Shown one piece after another: positions 48,601 to 61,290 of a DNA stretch of 64,000 nt. Numbering within the stretch: position 1 is the stretch's first letter; each line of letters starts with the position of its first letter. Made by a program: the position numbers and the translations under genes. The notes below the pieces were generated by a model. That model was not told where the DNA came from, made no database searches, and worked only from the letters and a program-made list of their open reading frames with translations. Source of the DNA: Paraphysomonas bandaiensis (lineage: Eukaryota; Protista; Chrysophyceae); contig CBFFRP010000298.1 of assembly GCA_965644295.1 (NCBI GenBank), forward strand, positions 625,505 to 689,504. Reading direction: 5' to 3'.

Positions 48601-49268
48601 ATGATATTATAAATCGTAGACATATACACAAGTAGATAAGCACAAAATAACAACTACCTTGCAAACAAATATTTTGCGCTCCTTCAGAGTGTAGATTCAC
48701 CGTAGAGATAGGAGCTTAACCCCAGTTTCATACCTTCAACCATGAGACCTCTCTCTGGTCATAGTTGGTATGTTTCCATCCTTCCTAGATGCTTTATCAG
48801 GCAAAGGCGAGTCTTCCAATGATCAAAGTACACGATTCACTACTGTCCTATGAGGCACATAGTCAGGAAGATCCCTTGTTGTTGCGATATCGCTGCTGAC
48901 TGGTCGATGGTCCCAACAACGGCATGGATTCAGAGCCCCTACGTTATGTATTGGGCACGAGCTTACATTGATACTGTTGTGGCATTGTCTGATATGAATG
49001 GTGCGCAGTATAATGTGCAACCTTATGTGCAATGTGCGACTCAGTGCATGTATGTATGAGAGATCTGCCTGAAGTCAGTTAATCTTCATACCAATCGTGC
49101 ACTTTTCTATAAAAAAAATCGGCACAAGCAGGAACCAAAAAATCTGAAATCGGCATTAGTTGGGACCCTACTTCCTACTGTGTACATGTACTATACATAT
49201 AGAGAGCAGTTCAGTCCCTCTCAACCCAATACAATAACCACTATACCATAATCAACAATCCATACACT

Positions 49269-51042
49269 ATGAAAACACTATACTTTACACTCACAATCCT
49301 CACACTATCCCTCCTGATCTCTCCGGGCGATAGCTCCTTATCAGGGAGGATTAAACACGTCATCATTCTTATGCTTGAGAACAGAAGCTTTGATCACATG
49401 TTGGGATTTTTAAAGCTACTTAACAAGGAGGTGAGTGATGGATAATGATGTGTGGGTATCCAGTGACCCACTGAGTCAGGTGAATGGGTGTCTGCCGCAT
49501 CAGGATAAATGTTGGAATCATATGGATCCTCAGGATCTCTCATCGCCAACTGTAACAGTAGACGATACTGCTGTATACCGACAAGTCGACCCACAGTACG
49601 TACCAAATATAGTTCAATAGTGATTGATTTAATGTATGTTGCAGTCATGCCATATCGTGGACAACTCAGCAAGTGTACGGATATCCCAGACACGAAGAAC
49701 CCCCACAGGATGCCGAACCTTCCATGGATGGGTTCATAATTACCTACATTGATGCCAACGATGGAAATGAAACCGCTGGCGCCGAAATCATGAAGTGTTT
49801 CTCTCCTGAACATGTGCCAATCATGACTAACTTATCAATGGAATTTGGATTCTTCGACGGTAAGTTGAATTCGTTTATTTGTTGACCTCGTTATAGTTTG
49901 CGCAGGATGGTATGCTAGTGTCCCAGGACCAACTATGGTTAACCGCGCATATGCTTCCAGTGGAACTAGTCATGGGATGGGTACTAACGATGAGAAGACC
50001 ATTGCAAAAGGACTTCCTCAGAAAACAATGTTTCGGCAACTACTTGATATGGGGCTTGATTACAGAGTAGGACAACTGTGTGAAAGAGGACACATTAATA
50101 ATACGTTTTCAGGTGTATTTTCAAGATGTTCCCTCCGTGTTGCAATTCAAAGATATGAGGCATAAGGAGGCAAGGTGCAGTATCCAATAATCAGTTGTTG
50201 CTGTATGTGACTGATGCTCTTGTTTCAGGGAAAGGTACAGGTGGCTGGATAATTTGTACATGGACCTTGAGACCGGAGACATCCCCGAGTTTGTGTGGGT
50301 GGAACCTGCATACTTCACCACTCCCCGCCAAGAAGCAACTGATCAACACCCCGATCATGACGTGTCTCTAGGTGAAGCTCTTGTGAGGGACATATATGAG
50401 GCTGTGCGTAAGTCAACGGCCTGGGAGGAGACTGTGTTCATGATTACATATGATGAACATGGAGGATTCTTTGACCACGTGCCCCCTCCCGAGAATGTAC
50501 CGAACCCGGATGGTCTAAATGCAACCGATGATCCCTTTGATTTCACTCGGCTGGGGGTTCGTGTTCCCACAGTGGTTGTATCTCCCTGGGTGAAGAAGGG
50601 ATCCGTGTTCCATGCTCCAGATTCCTCTGCTTCTGGTGATGAAGAGTATGGGCCAAGTCAATATGAGCACTCAAGCATAGTGTCTACTGTTGTGCATGAG
50701 TTATTCGCACCTGCTGAGGGATACAGTGCACCTGAATACCTGACTAAACGGGATGAGTGGGCCAAGACATTCGGGTGGATATTCGATGAACTGGACGAAG
50801 TACGCACGGATTGTCCTGAGACTCTTCCGGAGGTGTTTTCTATTCGGGAACACATCCCGGATGCCCTTCCTGCAAATGACGGAAGCCTTCCACTCTCAGA
50901 CCTTCAGTTGGAGCTCATACACATGATCGCAGGAGCAGCTGGGGACAACTCACTGACATCCGCAAATTTGACAGAGTGGAGGGAGAAGGATGGCGGAGAA
51001 TACTGCCTTAAGATGACTCAGAAGATAATTTCTGAGAAGTGA
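49269..51042 (+). CDS. Non-specific phospholipase C / phosphoesterase, paralog 2, signal peptide, multi-exon
   Basis: IKHVIILMLENRSFDHMLG, WYASVPGPTMVNR and YDEHGGFFDHV. Same intron positions as paralog 1. Confidence 0.93.
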
Positions 51043-51485
51043 TTGTGTGTGAATTGTCTAATATTTTTGTATAGCTGTGGAAGAGCGAATGTTATGTTTG
51101 ATGAATATCTTACTGTGGCGTACGTATGTCGTATGTCCACCACTGCCATGTTTGTTTTATGAATACGTATACTAATGGACTTATGGTTATTAATTATAAT
51201 TGTATTAATATTCGCTCTTACAATAATAGACCTCAAATGTACAACTGTTATCAACGCTACTGTATTCTTCAAGTAACGGTCATACTACAACGCTTCCGTT
51301 AGATATCGTCCCATCAATAATATTCCATTACATTTTTAACTACTGCCCACTGGAACCAAAATCCAACTCTAACATTGAGAAATCTGTGAAGCTATTAGTG
51401 AATGAAATAGTAAGTGTGAATAGAAGTAACTGATTGCATTGGTGTTAATAAATGCATGCTGTAACAGAGTATTGCTGAGTGAAAT

Positions 51486-53439
51486 CAGGGATAGGGAACA
51501 ATATATTGCAATACTATTGTTAGGTAGCGTTCCATCAATAGTATTGATGGATTTTTTAAACCGGCCCTACAATACTATTGCAATATATTGCAATATATTG
51601 TACAATATATTGCAATATATTAGTATGACTAATCAGTAAGTAAACACATCCGTAGTTTTCATTTTTAGTACTTGCCATATTTTATAAGGTCTAAGGTCAC
51701 TTGATAATCAAACCCACTACTCTTAACTAATTAAAAGTTTCCTCATACTCATCCTCTGAGCCATCATCGGTGACATCATCATCACCATATTCATTCAATA
51801 TTGATTGAAATATGCTTGCATCCGGCCACAACTGTCGGTTAGCTTTCAGAAACAACAGCATATTAAGTGTAGTAGGATGCATACGTTTGCGCAACACTGA
51901 TATAATCAGTTTTGCTGCGCTGAACAGGCGTTCACACGTATTGGAAGTACATACTACATGACTCGTGCACCTGTACTTAGATATTTCAACTTTTCGCTTC
52001 TTAAGTTTTTGAGCTGATTGAAGAATTTTTTCCGCATAGCCAACTTCAGCTTCATCATCCTCTGTATTGTTGCAATAATCACTGTCTGAACGGAGATATA
52101 TTCTAACAGCATCTTTCTCAGATCTTGTCAAGTCCAATTCTTCGCCTGCTTGGAGTTTTGCAATTCCATTCTCGAAATTCGGATCATTAACAATGGGACT
52201 GTTTTTCTGTATATATAAGCCTAAAGTCCCTCAATAAGCCATCAAATATGTTCCGGCATTCATAAAGATTCACTTGACTTGATCCTCCAGTTTGAAGCAA
52301 TTTCGAGACGCTTTCAAACTTCCTCAGGTCGTCTACAAGGGCGATTATTTCGGTATTCTGTCGAGGAGTAGGAATCATATCAGTAACTGCAAGCGGTAAG
52401 TCTTCAATTTTTAATACATGATCTTTTATACGCATCCACTTTACGAGAACCTGAAACATAGAAGACCATCTTGTGACATTTACCCTTTCTGGTAGCAGAC
52501 TGGTTTGGCCACGTAGCAATGCAGCATTCTTAATCTGCTTCAACTTCCCCATTAGTAGGTCTACTTTGCGAATAAGAGGCCTAATGCCTTCGTCAGATCT
52601 TGTCACATCTCCTTGGTTATTCCTCTTCTCTTTGCTGCCAATGAGTTCATTGACAGCGAGATTTAGTCGGTGAGATGCACATCCAACTAGGGGTACACCT
52701 AATATATATTATAACATTCGACAATTTCACACAAGTAATACGGTGTTACCAGAATCAGTAGCCAATTTTCTGTTTGTAGCACAGTTATCTCCAAGATAAA
52801 ACTCAACAATGTCGCAAACATTGTCAGCGTTAACCTCAACTCCAAATTTATTGAGAACTTCTACGATAGTATCAAACCAATCCGCAGCAGTGAATCCGTA
52901 GAATTTCTCTTCATCAGGTAGAGAAAGTGTGATCCTTTAGATTGTTGTATCCATTCCGAATATTCTGTTGTCGTTTACGTCCGCAGATTTTACACTCGTG
53001 TTTGTTCGGGACACCTTCGACCGGACTCCAAAAACAGCGGTAAATGTCCCTACTCTTGTATGCACTCATCATTCAGTTGTCTCTTCTTGTCACTATAGGA
53101 TATATATACTATATTAAGAGAAGTACTGTACATACATGTGGAGAGGTGTAGAGTGCTGTTTGAGCTGGCGATACATAAAAAATAGAAAATAACATCAAAA
53201 ATAGGCTTTTTTTCTTATTTTCCGGATATTTGTATACAGAGGCGTATATTTTGCACCATACAGTTGAGGATCTTCTCTTATATGACTATCATAATATTGA
53301 TTGCAATATATTGCAATAGTATTGTGAGCTCTATTAACAGAAACACTATTGATGGAATATTTGACCAGTCCACCAATCAATATATTTTACAATATATTGT
53401 ACAATATATTGCAATACAATATATTGTTCCCTATCCCTG
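51486..53439 (-). mobile_element. hAT DNA transposon, internally deleted, 1954 bp
   Basis: Perfect 23-bp TIR CAGGGATAGGGAACAATATATTG and 8-bp TSD AGTGAAAT (51478-51485, 53440-53447). Many CAATATATTG subterminal palindromes. Confidence 0.95.
51727..53072 (-). pseudogene. hAT transposase remnant
   Basis: BED-finger start (CKIC..NLKDH) fused out of frame to GDNCATN, GCASHRLNLAV, TRWSS and the dimerisation motif TSNTCERLFS..LLFLKAN. Second frameshift near 52200. One GT-AG intron at ~52699-52749. Confidence 0.9.
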
Positions 53440-53695
53440 AGTGAAATAGTTCGAAAGTCATACCAGACGAATAGTAACATTTACAGAAAGTGAGTTGACC
53501 AATTTATGTCGAATTTAACCATTATTACTTAATAAAACCAGCTGTTTCATTGACAGCGACTCAAAATTGCTCTAATGGGGTGACAAGAATAATAATAATT
53601 CTACGCAACGAAATTTCAAATGACAACCTTATCTCAGTGATGTATTATGAATGAGCCAATAAAACCATCGACAAATTAAGGGACACAGGAAGGTG

Positions 53696-55009
53696 TCACT
53701 CAGTCAGTCCCCTTGATCGGCGTGAGTTGACAGCAGTGGGTGCATTGGCCAAGGTTTCCTCTAGAGAAAAACACGCCATGGTGCAAGAAAGGTCAGCTTC
53801 TACCGTCGTGGACGATACCGAAGTCCGGACGTAGGTCCCAGCACGAGGTACCAAGATGCGACGCAAAGAAGCAGGCGCCTCGATCAGTGTTTTCAGAGCA
53901 GATTCGTCGGCAAACATTGTTAGAACGAACCGCTTGGGTCGAAAACAATGGAGAACATTTCTCACCAAAGGGGTGTAGCTGGGAAGGCTTGTGTTTGTCT
54001 CAAACGATGCGTATGAACACTGGGGTTCTGGAGTGACATGAATGGTGGAGTATGCATCATGCAAGATGGCATTCATAGAGTACCCACAAGGTGTGAAGGC
54101 ACAAGCATCAATGGTGGCCCCAGGGACCAACTGATTAATCCCAGCTGCCAGCGTCATATCCTTTCCCGTATCGGCACTCCCACTCTTGTAAAACATGGAG
54201 GCTACAGCCCTGTCCATGTCAAACATCATCATATTGATGGTAACGCCCTCCATGGAGGAAGTAGCGTCGGGTAATGAGGGGGAGGGAGGTGAACTCGGAT
54301 GCTGCAAAATACCCATCTCTGGTGCCTTCGGTGGAAAGACAGCCACCGACTTTGTGGCAGGAGGGGTAAGAGGTTTGACAAGTGCCGTGCTGTGGGGGAG
54401 ATCTGCAACATATACAAACCAATGGTCCCCAGTAACAGGTCCAAGTATGTGGCCAGATCCATTGAGTCGCTCTTGCAGCTTTGAATGGGAATCCAAGAAC
54501 TTAATCTCGTCGCCAAAGTTTGAGTGCGGCCATTTCTGTGCACTGGGATTGTTAAGGTTCTTCCGGGAGTATCCTACCCAGCGGACCTCCATGTTGAGAT
54601 CGTCGGCGAACTTCAATAAGGAATCCAAACAGTGCAGCAACGTCGTAGTTCCACAGGTCTTCATAATGTAGCGGTACTTGTAAACAAAGAGTGATGACTC
54701 AGATAAGACATATGCGTCCATGTAGTTGCTTGAAATCTTGCTTAATATACTGCATTTGGCTTCCGTACATAGGAAGTCAAGTTGTTGACGGGTGAGTGCG
54801 CGTAGGCCTTGTTCGTGTCCTATACCCGGCTGGAAACAGACCTCCATGGTCTTCTCCGGACCTTCAAAGCATTCCTGAGAGCTATACTGTCCCTCAGATG
54901 ACACGATTATCTGACCCTCATCATCAGAGCACGATGTCGTGCTCTCCGGGGTGGGGCTATATGTGCGATCATATAGCTCGATGCTATCGTTACTGCTAAG
55001 AATGCTCAT
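53696..55009 (-). CDS. AMD1: S-adenosylmethionine decarboxylase proenzyme (eukaryotic class)
   Basis: FEGPEK, YVLSE|SSLFV self-cleavage site, KTCGTT, FTPCGYSMN and TIHVTPE..SYASFETN. Confidence 0.97.
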   Translation of the reverse strand: MSILSSNDSIELYDRTYSPTPESTTSCSDDEGQIIVSSEGQYSSQECFEGPEKTMEVCFQPGIGHEQGLRALTRQQLDFLCTEAKCSILSKISSNYMDAYVLSESSLFVYKYRYIMKTCGTTTLLHCLDSLLKFADDLNMEVRWVGYSRKNLNNPSAQKWPHSNFGDEIKFLDSHSKLQERLNGSGHILGPVTGDHWFVYVADLPHSTALVKPLTPPATKSVAVFPPKAPEMGILQHPSSPPSPSLPDATSSMEGVTINMMMFDMDRAVASMFYKSGSADTGKDMTLAAGINQLVPGATIDACAFTPCGYSMNAILHDAYSTIHVTPEPQCSYASFETNTSLPSYTPLVRNVLHCFRPKRFVLTMFADESALKTLIEAPASLRRILVPRAGTYVRTSVSSTTVEADLSCTMACFSLEETLANAPTAVNSRRSRGLTE

Positions 55010-55490
55010 TCGAAGGGGTGTCAGCTCACGCCGTCAGATTGCAAGATCAAGAAATCAAAAACTGAGTCCTCTACACCTGCCACGTTGACCTGATGTCCAC
55101 ACAGACATATCTTTAAGGGGATAGTCAATACATATGAGAGATATACACACCTCGATAAAAAGGACTTCGCCTAAGAGCATACAATGCCAACAGAACACTC
55201 TTTCTTTCGGTCTAGCACTAGCAACCTATAGCCCACATGCATTAATCAACTCACACAACATCACATTACTTCATACTTACCGACAAGAAGAGAATTATAC
55301 GAGCCAAGTTGTGGTAACCTTCTCGAAGAAATTAATGAAATCGACTTCAGACTCTTCTGTGCAGTGCTTCAGAAAAAAACATATGAGCGGACGAAGCACG
55401 TTGATGAGAATCTTCAGCGGATACACTAATTTTCATTTTATGAATTCCTCAAAAGCCTACCTTCCATATATTGGCCAATATTTTCATGGG
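55010..55490 (-). promoter_or_regulatory. AdoMetDC 5' leader with intron (55076-55280) and candidate uORF(s)
   Basis: Minus-strand donor GTAAGT at 55280 and acceptor CAG at 55076. ATG uORF 55436-55347 reads MKISVSAEDSHQRASSAHMFFSEALHRRV*. Confidence 0.55.
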
Positions 55491-55785
55491 AAATCGATGT
55501 ATTTCCCCCACACTTTTAGAGAAACACATTTTATTAATCCAAAACCCCTATTTTTGAACACCACTTCAGGTTATGTACTTCGTATCTTGAGTAAACATAA
55601 ACGGATTTCAGTTTTTAGTTTGTGTAGTGGTGGTAGTGTCTAGATATGGAGGTATGTATACGTGTGTAATATCTCACATATCTCTGCAATATAATCACAA
55701 GCAATTAGTCAGTGCATCACACAGAGATATATATACCACAGACTTCTCTCGTCACTCAATCATTTGCAAGAATTGAATAGAGGTG

Positions 55786-58613
55786 ATGTCTGGGCCTGCT
55801 CCATCATCAGCTGCTGGAGGTGCTGGCTATTTTGTGGACCAGAAGAAAGGAGAGGTCAATGAACTCAAACAGGTCATAATACGGTAGATCTCACTGTATA
55901 TTCATACAACTGATTGGTTTTATTATTTAGCTTCTTAAAAACATTAATGTTGAGCGCGATGTAAATAAAAAACGCGATGTGATTAAGAAGGTTATAGCCT
56001 ACATGACTCTCGGCATAGACGTGTCTCGGCTATTCACTGATATGATAATGGTAATCAAGTTATTTGTTATAATGCAAGGCGATTAAGATGTAATGTATTC
56101 AGGCGATTGAGACGAGGGATATGGTTATCAAGAAGATGGTGTACCTTTATCTTTCTCACTATGCGCGTAAGCAGCCTGAGTTAGCGATCATGTGCATCAA
56201 CACTCTGCGTCGTGACTGGTATATATTCTGCTGTGTTATTTCTTAAACCAACTTTCACATTTGTAGTGAAAATGAAGATCCTATGGTACGTGGTCTTGCA
56301 CTTCGGTCTCTTTGTGGCTTGGGAATGGACTCTGTGTTGGAGTACGTGGAGCAGCCATTGAAGAAGTCTCTGACTGACGTGTCGGGTTACGTACGCAAGA
56401 CTGGGGTAATGGGAATTCTCAAGGTAAACTCACGTGTCAATGTGCCTATTTGTACACTTTATGTTACTATGCTTATTATTTTTGATCGATCTATATGTGA
56501 GTGAGTGCGGCGTCATAACTGGGAATTGCTTGTTGTAGATACACGCCCTCAGTGCGGAATATATTAACAATGGCGGGTACATATCGCAATTGGAGCAGAT
56601 GGTTAACGACGCGGATGCCGCTGTTGTAACCAATGTGTTAATGGTTCTTGAAGAACTAAAACTTGCCGAAGGGGGTGTTGAGGTCACCAAAGATCTCATA
56701 TTTCCGCTTCTCAACAGGCTGGGAGAGTTCTCTGAGTGGGGTCTGAGTGTTGTGCTGACCATTCTTTCCCGATACTATCCTGATACAGAGGAGGAGACCT
56801 TTGCCATCATGAACGTTCTTGATCCGCTACTGCGCACGTCAAACAGTGGTGCAGTTCTTGCGACCATCAAGTGCTTCCTTCAGCTGACAGAGCCGTACCC
56901 TGACCTTCTCACGATGGTTGTGCAGCGTGCAAAGCCCCCAATGTTAACGCTTCTTACAAGCGGTAGCAGCGAGATCCAGTACACAATTTTGAAACATCTT
57001 GAGGTTCTCTTGCCCCGCACTATCGCGAAGGGCATATTTGATGATGAGCACAGACAATTTTTCGTGCGGTACAATGAGCCCCCGCATGTAAAGCACCTCA
57101 AAGTTGCGCTGCTACCGCTCATCACCAACGCTGAAAACGTGAGAGAAATAGCATCCGAACTGGGGGAGTATGTAACTGATGTAGACTCGGAATTGTCTCA
57201 GAGGGCTATAGCTGCAATGGGAGAGATTGCGGTGAGGGTGTCTGATGTGTCCGGGGATATGACCCAGCGTCTAGTCGAATTGGTAGACCTCGATGTGCCA
57301 TATGTGAAATCTGAGGCCATCAAGGTACTAGGCAACGTGATTAAGATCTACCCTTCAATGCGAGTGCATGTACTGCCCAGTCTATCTAGGTACCTAAAGA
57401 AAGCAGCGGAGGATCCCGAGGCTAAAGCAGTGCTGGTGTGGATCCTCGGTGAGTACGGAGATGAAGTCATAGAGGCTCCATATCTACTCGAGCCAATTAT
57501 AGACGAGTACGACGAAGAGACAAGCCCAACGGTGAAGTTACACACTCTCTCAGCGGCTGTAAAGCTGTTTTTCAAGCGAGCCCCAGAGATGCAGGCAATG
57601 CTGGGACGACTGCTTGTTAGTGCTGTGAATGACACATCGAACCAAGATGTGCACGACAAAGCTCTTCTCTACTACAGATTACTCGCTCATAGCCCTGAAG
57701 GTGCATCGGGTCTCTTTCAGCGAACATCTGATGACAGCAATAGCCATGTACCGGGTGAGGTAGAGGACGGGGATACCGAAGCACTCAATCAGGTCTTCAG
57801 GGAATTCGATACGCTGTCAGTGATATACGGGAAGCCCTGTGAGCAGTTCATAGCTGACCAGTTCGTGCTGGTAAGCGTTGGTGTTTACTGTATTGACTTA
57901 TAATTAATTTTGTTTGCTATATTTTCAGAATATGGCTTCGGCGGATCTTGCTCGACAGCGGCGCTTGGATGCCGTTGCTGCTGGTGTCCCTGTGGAGCCC
58001 GCAAACTCGAATTCAGCGCCCACTCCGGCCCAGGAGCCTGTCAAGGCAACTCCTGCCGCGTCTGTGAATTTACTGGATTGGGACGATGAGCCTTCTCCCG
58101 CCAGCCGTCCTACTCAACAGCTATCTCCTTTGGTATTGAGCCCCTGCGAGCTCTCGCCACCAGAGTTCCAGCAAAAATGGGGAGGTCTTCCGGAGGCGCT
58201 GAATTCCAAAATCTGCACCCTTGCCATGGTCCCTGACGCGACTTCCGAAGTCGAAGCCAGCATGCGAGATGTACAGGTAAGTGATGTTCGCTTGTTATAT
58301 TCAGCGCAATAGGGTTTTCCAGTTTAGTTCTCATTATTTACTACTTTTTGTTAATGTTTGATGGAAGGTGAATACCATGGCCTCTGGAGCACTTCAGTCC
58401 CCTCCTGGTATGAAATTTTTCTTCTACGCCTCACAGGAGGACGATATTCTGCGTAACATTAGCGGTGGTGTGTTTTTGGCCCAGATGATTATAGTCACAG
58501 CATCCGGTGACGTGTCAGTAGTCGTGAAAACTTCCAACCCAGACCCCAATGCCGTTGGACACTTTTGCGATATTCTGAAAAAAGGATTAGCAGAGTTTTC
58601 ACCGTCATCTTAA
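55786..58613 (+). CDS. AP4B1: Beta-adaptin, most like AP-4 beta, 7 exons
   Basis: YFVDQKKGEVNEL, KKVIAYMTLGIDVS, KKMVYLY, DPMVRGLALRSLC, WILGEYG, DVHDKALLYYRLL, and a short appendage (EFQQKW). Confidence 0.88.
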
Positions 58614-60308
58614 GTTATCGAACTATAGTATATGCCCGCTGCGAGCAGTTCTGTAGTAGTGGCGCTCTTGTTCAGGCCTTCATGGCTTCACATATACACT
58701 CGACGGTTCTATATTTTAGTTTCGAGTGAAATTTGATAGCAATGAAGAATGAGTGACGTGACGTCTTATGCATATGCGGTATTGTGATAATAATAATGAT
58801 AATAAAGGACGATGTAAAAGTAAGCTGAAAAAATGATTCAATCTGGCCATATTTGTTTAGACGTAAGCCTCATTGGTTATCTGCTTTCACAATGCGACTG
58901 ATATCAGTCATTTATACTGTGGGGCTTTTTTTCGCTTGACTGAGATACAATGTATGAAATTAAGCGGTAGATGAATGAACTCGATATATGACGCGACACT
59001 GAAATATCACATCTATTACAGTGATTTTAAGAAAAAAAGTTTGTGAGTGACTCGTACCGAGGACGTACTCTAGTGCAAGGGTTGTGTTAAGTACAGTCAG
59101 CAATGCGTACATCATTACAAGAATCCGCGAGTATTCTAGGTCAAGAGAGGGGTACGGCTAACAGGGGTGGAAACGCTACACTACTCCCCTCGCAAAATTT
59201 GTACTTGTAACACATGAGCGACAGGCTTTGCATCTTTGCGTAACAATTAAGTGGCGCGAGATATCCAACAATAATAATAGCAATTATTTACCAAGTACCC
59301 AATTTTTGGCATTGATATTAATCGGTTAACTTCAATTCTATTGCTGAAATTTTTTTGAATAGCTGTCTGAAATACAATCTCATCCCAAAGATTCCGATTT
59401 GCACTCAGAAACATCAACATTTCAATTTGAATATCGTTCTCTTATAAAAATCAGTCATATCTATCCTAGCACACTGCTAAACAGCCTCTCACAAACATAT
59501 TGGTAGTGTTATTAAGAAAATGCTTCGATATCCTATTGATAGTTCAGTGCGTGCTTTCTTACGCTCCCAGTTGTCTTGAATAATACGAATGTCATCACTT
59601 GTCTTCCTCACCATCCTCGTTTTATCTTAACCAAATTCACTTTTGTCTGCAGACACATCAATTATCAAAAGCATCGAACCTGTACTTTTCAGTGCAGTTC
59701 AGTTCTTCTTCCCTACCACGCTGAATCTTGACATCATTCAGAGGTAGTTGCTAATGCCTTCTCAAAATCTTCATTTTGAACAATATCCGCTTATACACCC
59801 AGGTGAAACTTTATCCAAAGATACTGACGAAGTAAACCATCAAAAAATATTATACCTGGACATCATTCAGATCAGTGCTCTTCTTCATCTGATTGAAGAA
59901 GTTTACGGACGATCAGATGAGACAGTGAGGTGGAAGAGAGACCTTACAAGATGATGAGATACTGTTATATTGCAGAATGCATGCTCGGTGTGCATTTGGT
60001 GAAGCTCTTCCGACAATACTAAGGAGTAGTTCCAAGATATAGCGACTGACCATCCTCGGTGATTGCACACATGGACGTTCAATATAAGAGTGATATTACT
60101 CACGCCAGTTGTTTGAGTCTATTTCCTATATGTTTTCACTGCTATTAAAACACTAGCTCCTGACGATCGCATAACACGCTCATTATGAACTGTATTTAAT
60201 TGTATCACTCTTAATTAAAAGCCATGACTTGATTATTTTCGAATCCTTCTTAAGCCAAGGAAAGCTACCTATAGATAGATAGCAATCCTGTGAATGCTGA
60301 ACTGATAC

Positions 60309-60470
60309 TGCCCGGTTTCGAGAGCGTGCCTAGTAAGTAAAGTGCTAGTGTCGACTAAAACAATACAATGCATAGATTTTGATTTTTATTCTTGGTGTGT
60401 GGTGCCAAGCAAGCTCCAGCTGATCCACACTATATTTGCATCTCACATTGTCCATATATGATTACTAGAA
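60309..60470 (+). mobile_element. Older diverged left end of the MITE family at 61291
   Basis: TGCCCGGTTTCGAGAGCGTGCCTAGT..AAGTGCTAGTGTCGACTAA..CAAGCAAGCTCCAGCTGATCCACACTATA aligns with 61291-61450. Confidence 0.65.
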
Positions 60471-61290
60471 GCCCTTGTCAGTACTATCCATTCCTAGTGT
60501 TACCTTAACGGCAGGTATATAAACACCATTCCAACCAATATTAATTAGTCCTATAATTAAAATGTCAACATACTATTTTACTAATAGGCTGATGTATTCA
60601 TCCTCTGCAGAGTGTTGCACAGGTAGCACTAATATTCTATTTATGGTAGATATCCAGATACAAAACACTCTATATCTAGGTGGCATACATGTCAATGAGT
60701 GACATGCTTCAAAATGCACCGTCCTCATATACATCAATACGCACAGGACACTATGAGAAAGTATCTATAAATGACACAATCATGTTAGTAGATGCCTTCA
60801 AATCAGAGAGGAGAATGACACTCAAGTGGAGTTTATTCTTATGGCTGTGAGTCGCTCTGATGATCAGCTCTGCGTATGAGTATATGCATTCATATGCTCT
60901 GTATCATATAGTCCACATTTTCACAATACTGTCCAATCATATTGCTTTGAGAGCCCCTCTGGTGCTGCATGGCAGTAATGGTGTTGGAATCAACTCTGCT
61001 ATCTCTGAACACTCCTGTATGATTGCCACTTTCACCAGCTTGTGGCATGAAAGAACTATGAGCTCATGTATTCACAGTGAGGTTATGATCATATCATTGT
61101 TAAGGCCACACACACACAAGATACTAGTGCAAGATACTAGTGCAACATACACTAACTGAAACTGAAAAGTACTACATGATTCCACAAGATTACGTGGTGT
61201 GTTCTGTTATTTAGATTGGAAGAACCACATAACTGAACCTCCAAACTCATAATTAGGAGAGGCGAGTTGACATACTTGAAGAATGGCTCC

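Larger units (their letters stand above)
46369..49182. mobile_element. ~2.8-kb TIR element with CAC termini (Chapaev/Transib-like?), carrying a decayed ORF and a nested family R copy
   Basis: 30-bp inverted repeats at 46377-46406 and 49151-49180 (1 mismatch). Ends are CACAG[CAGCAG]TAGG and CACAGTAGG, flanked by TACG/TACA (possible 4-bp TSD). Subterminal TGCCG(G/A)TTT repeats occur on both sides. Confidence 0.65.

Noticed and set aside
53640-53698. AMD1 stop-codon readthrough (TGA-C context)
   Set aside because: The extension is only ~16 codons and has no supporting signal.
55134-55643. 169-aa plus-strand ORF
   Set aside because: Antisense to the AMD1 leader and intron, with no protein-like motifs.
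58900-61250. Short ORFs and possible decayed coding sequence
   Set aside because: Could not assemble a supported gene or element apart from the MITE end at 60309.
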